Assembly (NCBI GenBank): GCA_963714275.1
Contig: CAVQNT010000002.1
Coordinates: 832,001-896,000 of the forward strand
Length of the DNA: 64,000 nucleotides
Origin: Candidatus Bathyarchaeota archaeon
GTDB lineage: Archaea; Thermoproteota; Bathyarchaeia; Bathyarchaeales; DTEX01
Direction: 5' to 3'
The translations under genes and the position numbers were made by a program. Below the pieces are notes generated by a model that was not told the DNA's origin, searched no databases, and saw only the letters and a program-made list of their open reading frames with translations. This document shows positions 9,871 through 20,291 of the stretch, piece after piece. Positions within the stretch are counted from its first letter, which is position 1; each line of letters begins with the position of its first letter.

Positions 9871-10173
9871 GCATCTGAAGAATTGGGTTGAGGATTCGTC
9901 TGCTCCCCTTGTTTGTACTTGCCAGACGTATGCGGCGTTGTTTCCGCATTTTGGGCATTCAATCGTGGTCGTTGGAAGCGTCTGAAGCTTCTGTTCCTTC
10001 TTGCCGATGACTACTAGATGGTCTCGAGGCTTGGGAGCTGCAACCTTCTGCGTGCAAACGTCAGATTCCACTGACTTCCTATAACTGCATTTAGGACAGA
10101 CAAGATAACAGCCTTTCCCGTCCTTTTTCCGTTTAGCCACGAGACGGGTCTCGCACTTTGGACAAAATTCCAT
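9835..10173 (-). CDS. tfs: Transcription factor S (TFS/RpoM-like)
   Basis: Two Zn ribbons, QTRGADE acidic hairpin. Confidence 0.95.
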   Translation of the reverse strand: MEFCPKCETRLVAKRKKDGKGCYLVCPKCSYRKSVESDVCTQKVAAPKPRDHLVVIGKKEQKLQTLPTTTIECPKCGNNAAYVWQVQTRGADESSTQFFRCTKCNYTFREYS

Positions 10174-10350
10174 TGAAGCCCCCCAAGTAACAGTTAGCCA
10201 AATTTTGTCTATAACGGTTCTTTTAAACTTTTCTGAACCAACACAACATCGCGGTTGTCTACAGCCTAAGCCAAAACAATGTAACCCAACTGTAAATACT
10301 CAATAGTTTAGACGAAGGAAGCTTTAAAAAAATAGTGACTTAGCTTAGCC

Positions 10351-10484
10351 TCCTACCAGACATAATACAGTCACTAAAAAATAAACTAGCAGGACTGCCT
10401 GACCGAACCTTCGTCTATTCGGGGCACGGAGAAACAACAACAATCGGGAAAGAAAAAATTACGAATCCTTTTCTTCTAGCCTAA
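10351..10484 (+). pseudogene. C-terminal remnant of a glyoxalase II-like metallo-beta-lactamase-fold hydrolase
   Basis: Translates to LAGLPDRTFVYSGHGETTTIGKEKITNPFL, with no start codon or N-terminal part. Confidence 0.65.
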
Positions 10485-11867
10485 ACGAAGGACCTTTCCT
10501 GGATTAAGAATGTTGTTCGGGTCGAAAAGCTTCTTGATCTCCTTCATGAGGTTGAACTCCTTCTCACCTGTTGTCAAAGCCAACTGTTCGGTTCTGATCG
10601 CGCCTATTCCGTGCTCGCCTGTGACGACGCCTCCCATACTGACTCCAGCGTCATAAATTTCGCCTTTAACCTTTGCCACGTAGTCCGAAGCCTTGCCTTT
10701 CTCCCTCATCACGTGAACATGCAGGTTCCCGTCGCCAGCGTGCCCATAAACAGGCAGGTGAACGCCATATTTCGTGGCAATCTCGTCAACAATGTCCATC
10801 AGGTCCCCAAGCCTGCTCGGAGGCACAGTCACGTCTAGAATGTCAACCAGCTGAGGCTTAAGGGTCGTGTAAATGTTGCTTCTAATCTTAAGAATTCTAT
10901 CTTGCTCTTCCCTGGTTTCGGCGAGAACAGGCTCCCCAACATTGCCTTCTTCACATGAAGATGAAACCTTTTCGCAGGCATGAAGCAGCTCCTCTTCGCT
11001 TTCCCCCGTGAGTATGATTATGAGCTGCGCTTTGCCTTTTTGAACTGGCCATTTCTCGTTCAGGTGCTCAGCGGACCTGTTGATCTCGGCTGGCTCCACA
11101 TATTCGATGGCAAGCGGAAACACGCCTGAAAGCAGAACCTTCTGGACAGCCCGCAACGCATCGTGGCGACTGTTGAAGGGCACGATCACCGTTGCACCGT
11201 ATTCGCTTTTTGGATGAAGCTTAATCGTGGCTTTAGTTACCACGCACAATGTCCCTTCGCTCCCAATAACAAGATGCAGGAGACTGTAGCCAGCGTTGTC
11301 CTTGATTAGTTTGCCCCCCAAGCATAGCACCTCGCCTGTTGGCAGAACAGCTTCAACGCCCTTCACGTAGTTCCGCATCACCCCATACTTCACCGCCCTC
11401 ACCCCGCCAGCGTTCGTGGCAATCAACCCGCCGACCTGCGCACCTTCGTCTCCCGGATGGGGAGGAAAAAACAAACCAGCTTCACCAGCAGCCTTGAACA
11501 AGTCGCCCAGCGTAGCCCCAGCATCAGCGACCACCATCAAGTTTTCCCTGTCAATTTCCAATTTATTCATTCTTTCCAGAGACAAGATTATGCCGGGTTC
11601 AGTTGGCACCGATCCGCCAACAAGCCCAGTTCGTCCGCCAACAGGAAAAACGGGAACCCTTTTTGCATTCGCAACCTTTAGGACCTGCGACACCTCGATG
11701 GTTGATGCGGGCTTCACCAGAACTAGGTTACTCGCAGCCAAGGGTCGAACAGGTTCAGGCGTTTCGTCCCTGAGGTAGCTTTCCATGTACTCGCGTTCAG
11801 TGACAACCCATTCTTTCCCGACAGCCACTGTCAACTCTTTTTTGAGGTCTTTTTCACTTACGTTCAT
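10476..11867 (-). CDS. FAD-linked oxidase (D-lactate/glycolate dehydrogenase, GlcD/LctD-like)
   Basis: GGRTGLVGG, ATNAGG, GSEGTL, GHAGDGNLH, GEHGIG motifs. Confidence 0.9.
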   Translation of the reverse strand: MNVSEKDLKKELTVAVGKEWVVTEREYMESYLRDETPEPVRPLAASNLVLVKPASTIEVSQVLKVANAKRVPVFPVGGRTGLVGGSVPTEPGIILSLERMNKLEIDRENLMVVADAGATLGDLFKAAGEAGLFFPPHPGDEGAQVGGLIATNAGGVRAVKYGVMRNYVKGVEAVLPTGEVLCLGGKLIKDNAGYSLLHLVIGSEGTLCVVTKATIKLHPKSEYGATVIVPFNSRHDALRAVQKVLLSGVFPLAIEYVEPAEINRSAEHLNEKWPVQKGKAQLIIILTGESEEELLHACEKVSSSCEEGNVGEPVLAETREEQDRILKIRSNIYTTLKPQLVDILDVTVPPSRLGDLMDIVDEIATKYGVHLPVYGHAGDGNLHVHVMREKGKASDYVAKVKGEIYDAGVSMGGVVTGEHGIGAIRTEQLALTTGEKEFNLMKEIKKLFDPNNILNPGKVLRLG

Positions 11868-12865
11868 CCTGCATTCTCCTCTCCTTTATAGATTTTAGTT
11901 CCCGAATTAATAATGGAATAACCTCATAAATGTCGCCTACGACGCCGTAGTCTGCAACGTTAAAAATCGGAGCCGAAGGGTCCTTGTTTATGGCGATAAT
12001 CGTGTCCGAGTCCCTCATCCCGAACAAGTGCTGAGGAGAACCCGAAACTCCACAAGCAACGTAGACCCTCGGCTTAACCGTGTGCCCGCTGAACCCAACC
12101 TGGTGGTCTCTGCTTATCCAGCCAGCGTCAACGAGGGGTCTGCTTGAACCGACAACTCCACCTAAAACTTGCGCTAATTCGCGGAGAAGAGCGAAATCTT
12201 CTGGGCTTTTCAAGCCTCTTCCGCCTGAAACGATGACTTCCGCCTCGGCAAGGTTAACCTCGTCTGCCCCTGTCTTCTTGAGTATCCGCATCCCTGTGTC
12301 ATCTACGATTTCAGCATCCCTCACTGTCACTGCGCCTTTCCTGTTCGGGTCCTTCAGGTTGGCTTTCATGACTTTATACCGAACCGTCGTCATCTGAGGT
12401 CTCGTTTTGGTCTTTATCTGTGCCATGATGTTGCCGCTGAAGGCAGGACGGACCTGAACCAAGTTTCCTCCTTCATCCAAGTCCAAGTCGACACAGTCAG
12501 TCTGTAAGCCCCGTTCTCAAGGCAGCAGCAATCCTCGGCGCCAAGCTTCTTCCAAGGCGGGTCGCACCCAACAAAAAGATGTCTGGTTTCGTTTCCTCAA
12601 CAAGCCTGACAATGTTGCGCGAATACTGAATCATGTCGAACTCCGCAAGAAACGGATGGTTAAAAACATAAACCGTGTCAGCACCGTAATGGACAAGATC
12701 AACAGCCTTGTCCCGAATACCATGCCCCAACAGAACAGCTGACAGTTCCACAGCTAACCTATCAGCAAGCCATCTTCCCTTCCCAAGCAGCTCGTAAGTC
12801 ACAGGATGAACTACGTTGTCGTTTTGTTCAGCGAAAACCAGAATGTTGCCTGAGACTGACACCAT
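11854..12865 (-). CDS. etfA: Electron transfer flavoprotein alpha subunit (apparent frameshift near 12500)
   Basis: GLT(A)DC split; VRPAFSG, SGGRG, QVGFSG, GVSGSPQH. Confidence 0.9.
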
Positions 12866-12868
12866 CGT

Positions 12869-13678
12869 TCACCTTAACACATTGAGATCTGCCATAACAT
12901 CCGCGACCTTCTTCGCCTTCTCTTCAGCTGTTCCTTCGACGATTTGTCCCTTCCTTTTCCCCATTGAAGGAGCGTAGACCTTTGCGACCCACGTCGGTGA
13001 ACCCGAAAGACCGAAAAGCTGTTCGTTGGCTAAGCCTGACAGGTCGTTTGCAGTCCAAACTGTAACCTCGGCTTTTCTTGACTTCAGCTTGTCCTTTAGT
13101 GTGGGTAGGCGGGGATTGTTGATGTCTTTGGTTACGGTAATGAGCCCGGGAAAACGCATTTGAACCAAAAGGCAATTTTCGTCCAATCTGGACTTGACAA
13201 CTATTTCTACTGCGTTTACTTTTCGAATTTCCTCGACGTATGCTGCGTGTGGAACGTTGAGAAACTCAGCCACTTCAGGTCCAACTTGCGCCGTGTCTCC
13301 GTCAATGGTTTTCTCTCCGCAAACGACCAAATCAAACGCTTCAATTTTCCTGATTGCGCATGACAAAGTGTAAGAGGTGGCCAACGTGTCTGCCCCAGCG
13401 AACTTCGCGTCAGAAAGAAGAACAGTCCTGTCTGCGCCTCTCGCCAAAGCGTCCCTGAGAGCCTCCTCCGCCTTCGGAGGTCCCATGCTAAGAACGGTTA
13501 CGATGCCACCTGTTTGCTCCTTAATCTGCACAGCTGCCTCCAAAGCGTTCAGGTCGAAAGGATTAATGACGGCGCCTGCGGAACTTCTGTCTAGACGCCC
13601 TTTTTCGTAGTCGAACCTAACTTTCTCGATGTCGGGAACCTGCTTCAAAAGAACGATTATGTTAAGACTTTTCAGCAT
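12869..13678 (-). CDS. etfB: Electron transfer flavoprotein beta subunit
   Basis: KQVPD, NPFD, GADTLAT, DGDTAQVGP. Confidence 0.95.
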   Translation of the reverse strand: MLKSLNIIVLLKQVPDIEKVRFDYEKGRLDRSSAGAVINPFDLNALEAAVQIKEQTGGIVTVLSMGPPKAEEALRDALARGADRTVLLSDAKFAGADTLATSYTLSCAIRKIEAFDLVVCGEKTIDGDTAQVGPEVAEFLNVPHAAYVEEIRKVNAVEIVVKSRLDENCLLVQMRFPGLITVTKDINNPRLPTLKDKLKSRKAEVTVWTANDLSGLANEQLFGLSGSPTWVAKVYAPSMGKRKGQIVEGTAEEKAKKVADVMADLNVLR

Positions 13679-13754
13679 CGCGTTTTCCACTCGGCAGTTC
13701 TCCATTTTTATCTTGACTCAGGCTCGGACTGAATGATTTTGGGTTGATTTTTTG

Positions 13755-15224
13755 TTAGTAAGCTTTCGCTATGTAGACGACTTTCTCGGCTTTTCCTCCA
13801 CAGACAACGCAGTCTGAGTCAGGCTTCTCTTCAACGTCGATTCTGTGCCCCCTGATTTCGCCGCCTGACTCCTCTTTGATGGTTTCAGCGCATCCCACGT
13901 CCTCGCACCAGCAGACTCGAGCAATCTTTCTGTCGTTAATTGCTTTTCTCAGCGAACCCATGTCCCTGACGTTGGTAGTCATCTCCTCAAGGGTTAAACG
14001 GCTTTTCTTTTGCAGATTTTCGGTCAAGGAGCCAAAAATTTCTGTGACAGCGGAGACTGCCTTGTCAAAGTCAACGGAGCTTCTTTTGAGACTGACACGT
14101 TCAGAAATCGTCACGCGCCTCTCTTTCAGGTCCCTCGGTCCCACTTCTACCCTCACTGGAACGCCGAGCATCTCCCAGTGGTAGAACTTTTCTCCCGGCG
14201 TCTTTTCTCCACTATCCATATTGACTCTGAATCCCGCCTTTTTGATGCCTTCGTAGACTTCTTTCGCGTAGGCTTCGACCTTGCCTTCGGATTCTTTGTA
14301 ATGAATTGGAACAACAATAACCTGGACGGGAGCAACCTCCGGGGGCAACACTAAGCCGTGGTCGTCGCCATGCTGACCTATGACAGCAGCTAATACACGG
14401 CTTATGCCAAACCCGTAACAGGTCTGCGAAACGTTCCTCCGCGTTCCCTCGGTGTCTTCATACGTGATTTCGAAGGCTTTAGCAAAATTTTCGCCCAAGT
14501 TGTGAACCGTGCCGATCTGGTTGACCCTTCCGTCAGGGTTCCAAGCGTCAAAGGCAACCGAGTAAACTGCTCCGGCGAACTTGTCGAAGTCGGGACGCTT
14601 AAGCATATAATACGAAAGCCCCAACCGCCCAAAAATGTCAACGTAAATCCTAAGCGCCTCTTTGACTTGCTCTTCAGCTGAACTCCCGTTTTCGTGTGCT
14701 GTGTGAGCTTCGTTCCACAGGAACTCCCTCATCCTCAGCAGTGGGCGTGTTGCCTTGGTTTCGTACCTGTAGACGCATACGCTTTGGTAAATCCTCAGCG
14801 GAAGGTCAGCGTGAGACCTGATCCACTGGGCGAACATGGGGTACATGGCGGTTTCAGAAGTCGGTCTCAGCAGCATTCTTCTTTCGAGCTTCCTTTTTCC
14901 AGCACTCGTTATCCAGAAAACTTCAGCGGTGAAGCCTTCGATGTGTTCAGCTTCCTTGGCGAAATCATCTTCCGATATGGTTACTGGAAAAAGCATCGGG
15001 TCGTGGCTTGTTGCGTCAAGCTGGTCTTCAAGCATATTGGTTATTTTTTTTGTTATTTTTGCTCCCCACGATTTGTACACGGCGAAGCCTTTGACGGGGT
15101 ACCTGTTGTCCATAATTTCCGCTTTGAACAGCGTATCGTCGAACCACGTGCTGAAGTCTTGAAACTTCTTCATCGAACCAGCCATCCTTAAAGAGAATCT
15201 TTTTTTCAGACTCGTCCGATTCAC
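13755..15224 (-). CDS. proS: Prolyl-tRNA synthetase (archaeal/eukaryotic type); true start probably ~15185
   Basis: RPTSET, YRYETKATRPLLR, C-terminal Zn site and AKAY end. Confidence 0.95.
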   Translation of the reverse strand: MNRTSLKKRFSLRMAGSMKKFQDFSTWFDDTLFKAEIMDNRYPVKGFAVYKSWGAKITKKITNMLEDQLDATSHDPMLFPVTISEDDFAKEAEHIEGFTAEVFWITSAGKRKLERRMLLRPTSETAMYPMFAQWIRSHADLPLRIYQSVCVYRYETKATRPLLRMREFLWNEAHTAHENGSSAEEQVKEALRIYVDIFGRLGLSYYMLKRPDFDKFAGAVYSVAFDAWNPDGRVNQIGTVHNLGENFAKAFEITYEDTEGTRRNVSQTCYGFGISRVLAAVIGQHGDDHGLVLPPEVAPVQVIVVPIHYKESEGKVEAYAKEVYEGIKKAGFRVNMDSGEKTPGEKFYHWEMLGVPVRVEVGPRDLKERRVTISERVSLKRSSVDFDKAVSAVTEIFGSLTENLQKKSRLTLEEMTTNVRDMGSLRKAINDRKIARVCWCEDVGCAETIKEESGGEIRGHRIDVEEKPDSDCVVCGGKAEKVVYIAKAY

Positions 15225-15343
15225 TCATTGAGGTGAGACTTAATAAATCTTTTATTTCAGTTGACCGTAATTCCAAAAAAATCATCAAAATTGGTTAGGT
15301 AAGCATATTTACCAGTTTCCCATGATTATAGAAGTGATGGACT

Positions 15344-15754
15344 ATGACTCTGGATTACGAGAAAATACTTGACGAAGCTTACGGTGAGCTGCCGCAGGAA
15401 GCTCCAAAACATGAACGGTTCGAGGTTCCCCGGCCAATCTGCACCACTTTCGGCGCAAGAACAATTTTCCAAAACTTCAAAGAAGCCTGCGACATACTGA
15501 ACAGGGACCCAGTTCACGTGTTAAGGTTCCTTTCCAAGGAATTGGCGACTGCTGGAATAATGGATGGCAACAGAGCGATTTTTCATGGGAAATTCGGGAC
15601 TGACACGTTCGGTGGATTGCTGAAAAGGTACGTGGACGGGTTTATCATGTGTCCAGTGTGTAAAAGACCTGACACAAAAATCGTGAGGGAAAAACGACTT
15701 TACTTCCTCGTATGCGAAGCGTGCGGAGCCAGGTCATCCGTTAAACCCGCGTAA
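15344..15754 (+). CDS. eif2b: Translation initiation factor aIF2 beta subunit
   Basis: ERFEVP, CPVCKRPDT...CEACGA. Confidence 0.95.
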   Translation: MTLDYEKILDEAYGELPQEAPKHERFEVPRPICTTFGARTIFQNFKEACDILNRDPVHVLRFLSKELATAGIMDGNRAIFHGKFGTDTFGGLLKRYVDGFIMCPVCKRPDTKIVREKRLYFLVCEACGARSSVKPA

Positions 15755-15782
15755 GGCAGAGAACGAAGCGGAAGCGCCGAAC

Positions 15783-16079
15783 TTGGAAGCCTATGTCAAC
15801 CTGCGGAAGTGGGGCAGACAAGTTCTTCTAGCCATTTGCGACGCCGAGATTTTGGGAAAAACCTTTCAAGAGGCAGGCGTGGCTTTTGAGGTTAAAGAAG
15901 ACTTTTATAAGGGTGTCAAGACAAGCATCGACGAAGCTTTGAACCTCGTTAAGCAATCCACAATAGTCAACCTCGTTGGAAGCAATGTCGTCAAAAAAGC
16001 CATCGAAAAAGGCTACGTCCACCCTGAAGCCGTAATCACAATCTGCGGCGTCCTCCACGCACAAATAGTGAAAATGTAA
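15783..16079 (+). CDS. DUF424 family protein
   Basis: LAICDAEILGK...FYKG...NLVG...HAQ. Confidence 0.85.
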   Translation: MEAYVNLRKWGRQVLLAICDAEILGKTFQEAGVAFEVKEDFYKGVKTSIDEALNLVKQSTIVNLVGSNVVKKAIEKGYVHPEAVITICGVLHAQIVKM

Positions 16080-16208
16080 AAAAGCACAGGAACCATTCAA
16101 CCGTTGAACTAAGTAAGAAACAAAAAACAGAAAGTTTCCGAAAGGAATATTAAAAGAAACAGAACCAAAAGGTTCTATAAAACCCGCAACTACAGTTTAT
16201 GTCAAAGC

Positions 16209-16284
16209 GCCGGGGTGGCCGAGCGGTTTAGGCGGCGGGCTGCAGACTCGCTGTACATGGGTTCAAATCCCATCCCCGGCTCCA
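16209..16284 (+). tRNA. tRNA-Cys(GCA)
   Basis: GCCGGGG/CCCCGGC acceptor stem, CT-GCA-GA loop, TTCAAAT T-loop, encoded CCA. Confidence 0.95.
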
Positions 16285-16364
16285 TGGATTAAACTTATAA
16301 GCTTGCTTTTTTTGGGATATTTTGAGTTTTCCGCTTCGCGGATGTTTCTCGAATCTTGATTCAA

Positions 16365-17024
16365 TCAGGGTGCTTGCGAGGTGAGTGGTTGACCGATTAT
16401 CGTGAGGAGGCTTTTGGACATCCTTCCGTTTTTCACGAGCTCGTAACCAGCTTGTCTTGCTGCCTGAAAGATTTCCTCGGCTTTTTCTGGGTTCTCTTCC
16501 ATATATTGAGAGTGGGGTCTGAGTAGTGCTCCTGAGAACTCAACGTTACAGTCCTTCGCCAGTTCCTTTACAATCCTAAGGACAGTTCCGAAGTTGCCCA
16601 TTTCCCACCAGCCACTCGAAGCCACAAGCACAATTTTGCTGATCTTGACATCAGAGCGGAACCTCGCGCGTGTGCGACCATTTTGCCGTTTGAGAACTGG
16701 GTCAATAAGGGGGACAAGCCTATTGATAAGGTTCTGTATTTCACCGGGCAAAGGGACATAGACGGGTGTGGCCAGCACGAGAATGTCTGCTTCGCGCAAC
16801 TTTGGATAAAGGGACTGCATGCTGTCGTTAATGTAGCATTCACTGGGCTTCTTGTTCCAGCAGTAAAGGTCTCCGTCGCAGGGCTTGATATTTAGGCGCC
16901 TCGCATAAAACAGTTCAACCGTCACTCCAGCCTTCTGCATGCCTTCGAGAAAGGGCGTCAGAATCTTTGCAGTCCTACCCTTCTCCATCTTCGGGCTACC
17001 ATTTATGGCTACTACGTTGGTCAA
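16365..17024 (-). CDS. Flavodoxin-like / NADPH-dependent FMN reductase family protein
   Basis: INGSP, PCDGDLYCW, LATPVY. Confidence 0.85.
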   Translation of the reverse strand: MTNVVAINGSPKMEKGRTAKILTPFLEGMQKAGVTVELFYARRLNIKPCDGDLYCWNKKPSECYINDSMQSLYPKLREADILVLATPVYVPLPGEIQNLINRLVPLIDPVLKRQNGRTRARFRSDVKISKIVLVASSGWWEMGNFGTVLRIVKELAKDCNVEFSGALLRPHSQYMEENPEKAEEIFQAARQAGYELVKNGRMSKSLLTIIGQPLTSQAP

Positions 17025-17270
17025 AACGAATCTCCTCTTTTCAAAGAAGATTGTTTCATGTATATTTATTGATTATCTCTTCACGGCCAGGGCTAAAGAA
17101 AAAGGGAATGTTAAGGTTTAGTTAGCTAGCAGTTTACTCGCAGTCATTATGTGTTACTTCACTAATTCAAGATTCTTTGGTAACTCTAAGTTCATATGTG
17201 CGACTATTAAAATTTAGAAAGTTCCCTGACTCAATACTAAAAAAATAAAAAGGGGAGAGAGTGGGCTATT

Positions 17271-19448
17271 TTATGCCACTTTCTTTTGTAGGGTTATTAC
17301 TGCTACGATTGATGCTAGTGCTGCGATGAGTGATAGGACTATTGCTCCGTAAACGGCTGTTGAGATTGTCGAAGTCGTGGCAGAAGCTGCTTCGGCAGCT
17401 GTTTTGGCAGCTGTTGCAGCTGTGGATGCTACTGAAGCTGCGGAGGCTGCGGTTGCAGCTTGAGTGGAAGCGGTTTGAGCATAGGTTTCGATGCTTACTA
17501 GTCGTGTGGATAATCCGCTTATTTGAGTTGTTAACGCAGACTGGGCGTCAGCAACTGCGGTCTGGATTGCAGTTAATTGGGTCTTTAGGGATGGTAAGCC
17601 GGTGCTGGTGCTATTGACGTAGGATTTTAAGCTGTTTAATGTAGTATCAATAGCGGTGAGCTTGTCCAAGATTACATTTTCTGCTTCTCCGACAACTGTA
17701 AACAGCTTATACGAATCAAGTGTAGGAAGTACGCTTGATACTCCCATCTTATAGAGCGCTATGACGTGTGCGCCTGGATTGAAGCCAGCGCCAATTACTA
17801 TCTTAAATGCTGACAGTTCTCCTTTGCTGGAGCCCATGAAGTATTTCGGGTAACCAGACGAGGAGTTGGTAAAGAAGTCCTTGGAATAGTCTACGCATAG
17901 GTCGTAGTAAGCAGGATACGCTAAGCCTGTTCCTGTTATAGTTACCTCAGTTCCGTTGTTTATAGGTGAAGCGGGTGAGATGGTTAACAGAATCGTTACG
18001 GTAAAGGTAGCATTAGAGTATGTTTGAAGTATTCATTTGTGACAGCACTGACATCGTGGTCTCCTCCCACAGTAGTAGGAACAGTGAATGCAGGTGAAAC
18101 GAACTGGCCATTTGCGCCTGTGTAAACTTTGTATACCAAATTCGAATTTGTAGTCTTTGCAAGAGCATCGGTGTAATCCCATATAATGGTTACATTATTA
18201 TCATTTGTATATGGGAATCCGTATCCAGAAGCAACAACAGATGTGCCAATTGGTCCACTTGAGGGGGTAAGGATTAAGGTTGGTACCACAGTTACCGTTG
18301 CGTTCATGTTGTAGGTAAGGTCGACTAACGTTATTGTGTGTATGCCCATCTGCGATACGGGTACTGTAACGCTGACGTTGAAGAATCCAGTTACACTATT
18401 CACGGTAATACCAGATATGAGTGTTACTTGTGTTGATGCCCCATAATCCCAATACAGAGCAGCTGTACCGCCAGGGTTGGTGAAGTTGACTGATACATAG
18501 ATGACTGCACTAACTTTGACGCTGCCATCAACATAACCGTTACCTTGTGCGCCACCCATGCCAAGGTAAGTATTTACTTGTAGCCACCTTCTTTCGTTCT
18601 CAGTATATGTCTTTGTGGCGAGAATACTTACAGTTCCATTATAGTAGGCGTTCACGTATTTTGTCGTTTCAGCGTTGAATAACTTACTCTCTGCAACGAC
18701 GAATGTAGCAGTAAAGGTTCCATTCGTGTATGGTGTTATGAGTGGAATAACTACTGGTGTTGTACGCTGAATTGGAATTAGCATAAGATACATTCAGTTT
18801 CTTTGTGTTGTCCCAAGCCATACCCTTGACTGTAACTGTTGTTCCTACTGGTCCAGAGGATGGAGTGATTGTTATTGATTCGTAGGGTTTCCATTGGTTC
18901 ACTGAGACCGCAACATCACTTGATGGTATGCTCGCTGAAGGTAAGACGTCAACTATCTTTATGTAGTAATTGACGCCTCTTGGTACAGTACTTCCAGCTG
19001 GTAAGGGTCCAATTATCAAGTTGTTGCCAAGCCAGAACCTCTGACCAGATTTGGCGTCAGTTGTTTTTGAATAATTGCCCGATGGTACTGAAGCTATAAT
19101 ACTGCTGAGTGCAAACGGACCTGCATACCATACATCACCGGGATCTATGGTAGCTCCGCCTGTTTCAGATATGTAAAGCCAGACTTGTGCACCAGTTATT
19201 GTCATGCCTGTTATGTTAATAGCTACAAGATCTCCTGAATCATAAGAGTTAATGTGTGTTTGTATAACACTACCGGTAGCATAACCGCCAGGAACAAGGG
19301 AATTCCAAGCATTTTCTGTATGAGAAGTTACTTTAAGGAGCGTTGGTTTGCCAGTTATCGTTGCCGATACTGGTATTATGGAAAGTAATGGTAATGCCAT
19401 CATTAGTACAACAATAAGTGTAGCAAATACTCTAGATTTCTTTTGCAT
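17271..19448 (-). CDS. Large surface (S-layer-like) protein, split into three ORFs by two apparent frameshifts
   Basis: Signal peptide, repeated ITPSSGPxGTxV Ig/IPT-like modules, many N-x-S/T sequons, Ala/Thr-rich coiled stalk, C-terminal TM plus KK. Confidence 0.8.
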
Positions 19449-19715
19449 TTTTCATTTTCCTTCTTTTAGTTTGTAGTAGAACTGTCTTCTAGATTGGATA
19501 TTTATATGTTGTGTTAACAATCTGTTGCGTTTTGTCTACAACAATCTTAGCCAACACAATATAATAATACAATAATATATCCGATAATGATATGCCGATA
19601 TAGAATCAACTAAAAACAGAGGAACATAATCCATCACCTCGACCCTCATTAACAATCTCACTCAGAAGACGGCACCGAAAATGTGGGGGGCGAATGTATC
19701 ACATGATAAGCCATA

Positions 19716-20291
19716 TTAAGAAAATTTCAGGCGAATAATTCCTTTAAAGCATTTTTTTTCTTGAGTCTTATATCCCATTGAGTGCATTGCTCCTTCTATG
19801 AAGTTCTGCAGCAGAAGCGACCTTTCTTGAGAGGTGAAGGCTGAGATACATCTAAACTGAACCGTTTCTTTATCGTGTTTCATGGTTACCTCGTTTAGGT
19901 CCCATCTGCCTTCCTGCAACAACCTTAGAAAAATTTCAAGCGGTCTTTCGAACTTTTCTTTCAAATATATTCCGTACCATTTACCTGCATTATACCACAG
20001 CTGCTGCAGCTCCTCGCCTTTTTCGCTGAATGTTTTCAGTATTAGATAGTCCAAAATATATCTAGGCGTGTAAATGGTGCCTGCTTCCTTAGGTACTTCG
20101 AGAATCTCGTAGATGTCCAGAATCTCCTTAAGGTTTCGCTTCAGATCATAAGCCCGTACTGCCTGCTCAAAAATTTCAGAAACATAACTGTATAGGGTTT
20201 TTCTTTGACGGCTTGCATCCTGACTTAGCCTTTTAACTAGATTACTGGGTACCCTTATGAGCTTCTGCTTCTTTGAATCAGGTTCAGACAT
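19716..20291 (-). CDS. Putative ribbon-helix-helix regulator with V4R-like C-terminal domain
   Basis: KLIRVPSNLV...TLYSYVSEIF; WYNAGKWYG; FIEGAM; paralog of the adjacent gene. Confidence 0.55.
   Translation of the reverse strand: MSEPDSKKQKLIRVPSNLVKRLSQDASRQRKTLYSYVSEIFEQAVRAYDLKRNLKEILDIYEILEVPKEAGTIYTPRYILDYLILKTFSEKGEELQQLWYNAGKWYGIYLKEKFERPLEIFLRLLQEGRWDLNEVTMKHDKETVQFRCISAFTSQERSLLLQNFIEGAMHSMGYKTQEKKCFKGIIRLKFS

Noticed and set aside
9871-9962. Integrase start at 9962 inside tfs, as given by the ORF track
   Set aside because: This is the alternative frame of tfs upstream of the att. The in-frame ATG with RBS at 7401 is the more plausible native start.
14694-15191. Long antisense/shadow ORFs (e.g. 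14694..15191, 5762..6223, 45100..45621, 57545..58090)
   Set aside because: They overlap well-supported genes on the opposite strand and have no recognisable motifs.
17360-17480. GCT/GCA-rich repeats as a DNA tandem repeat
   Set aside because: They simply encode the Ala/Thr/Ser-rich stalk of the surface protein.
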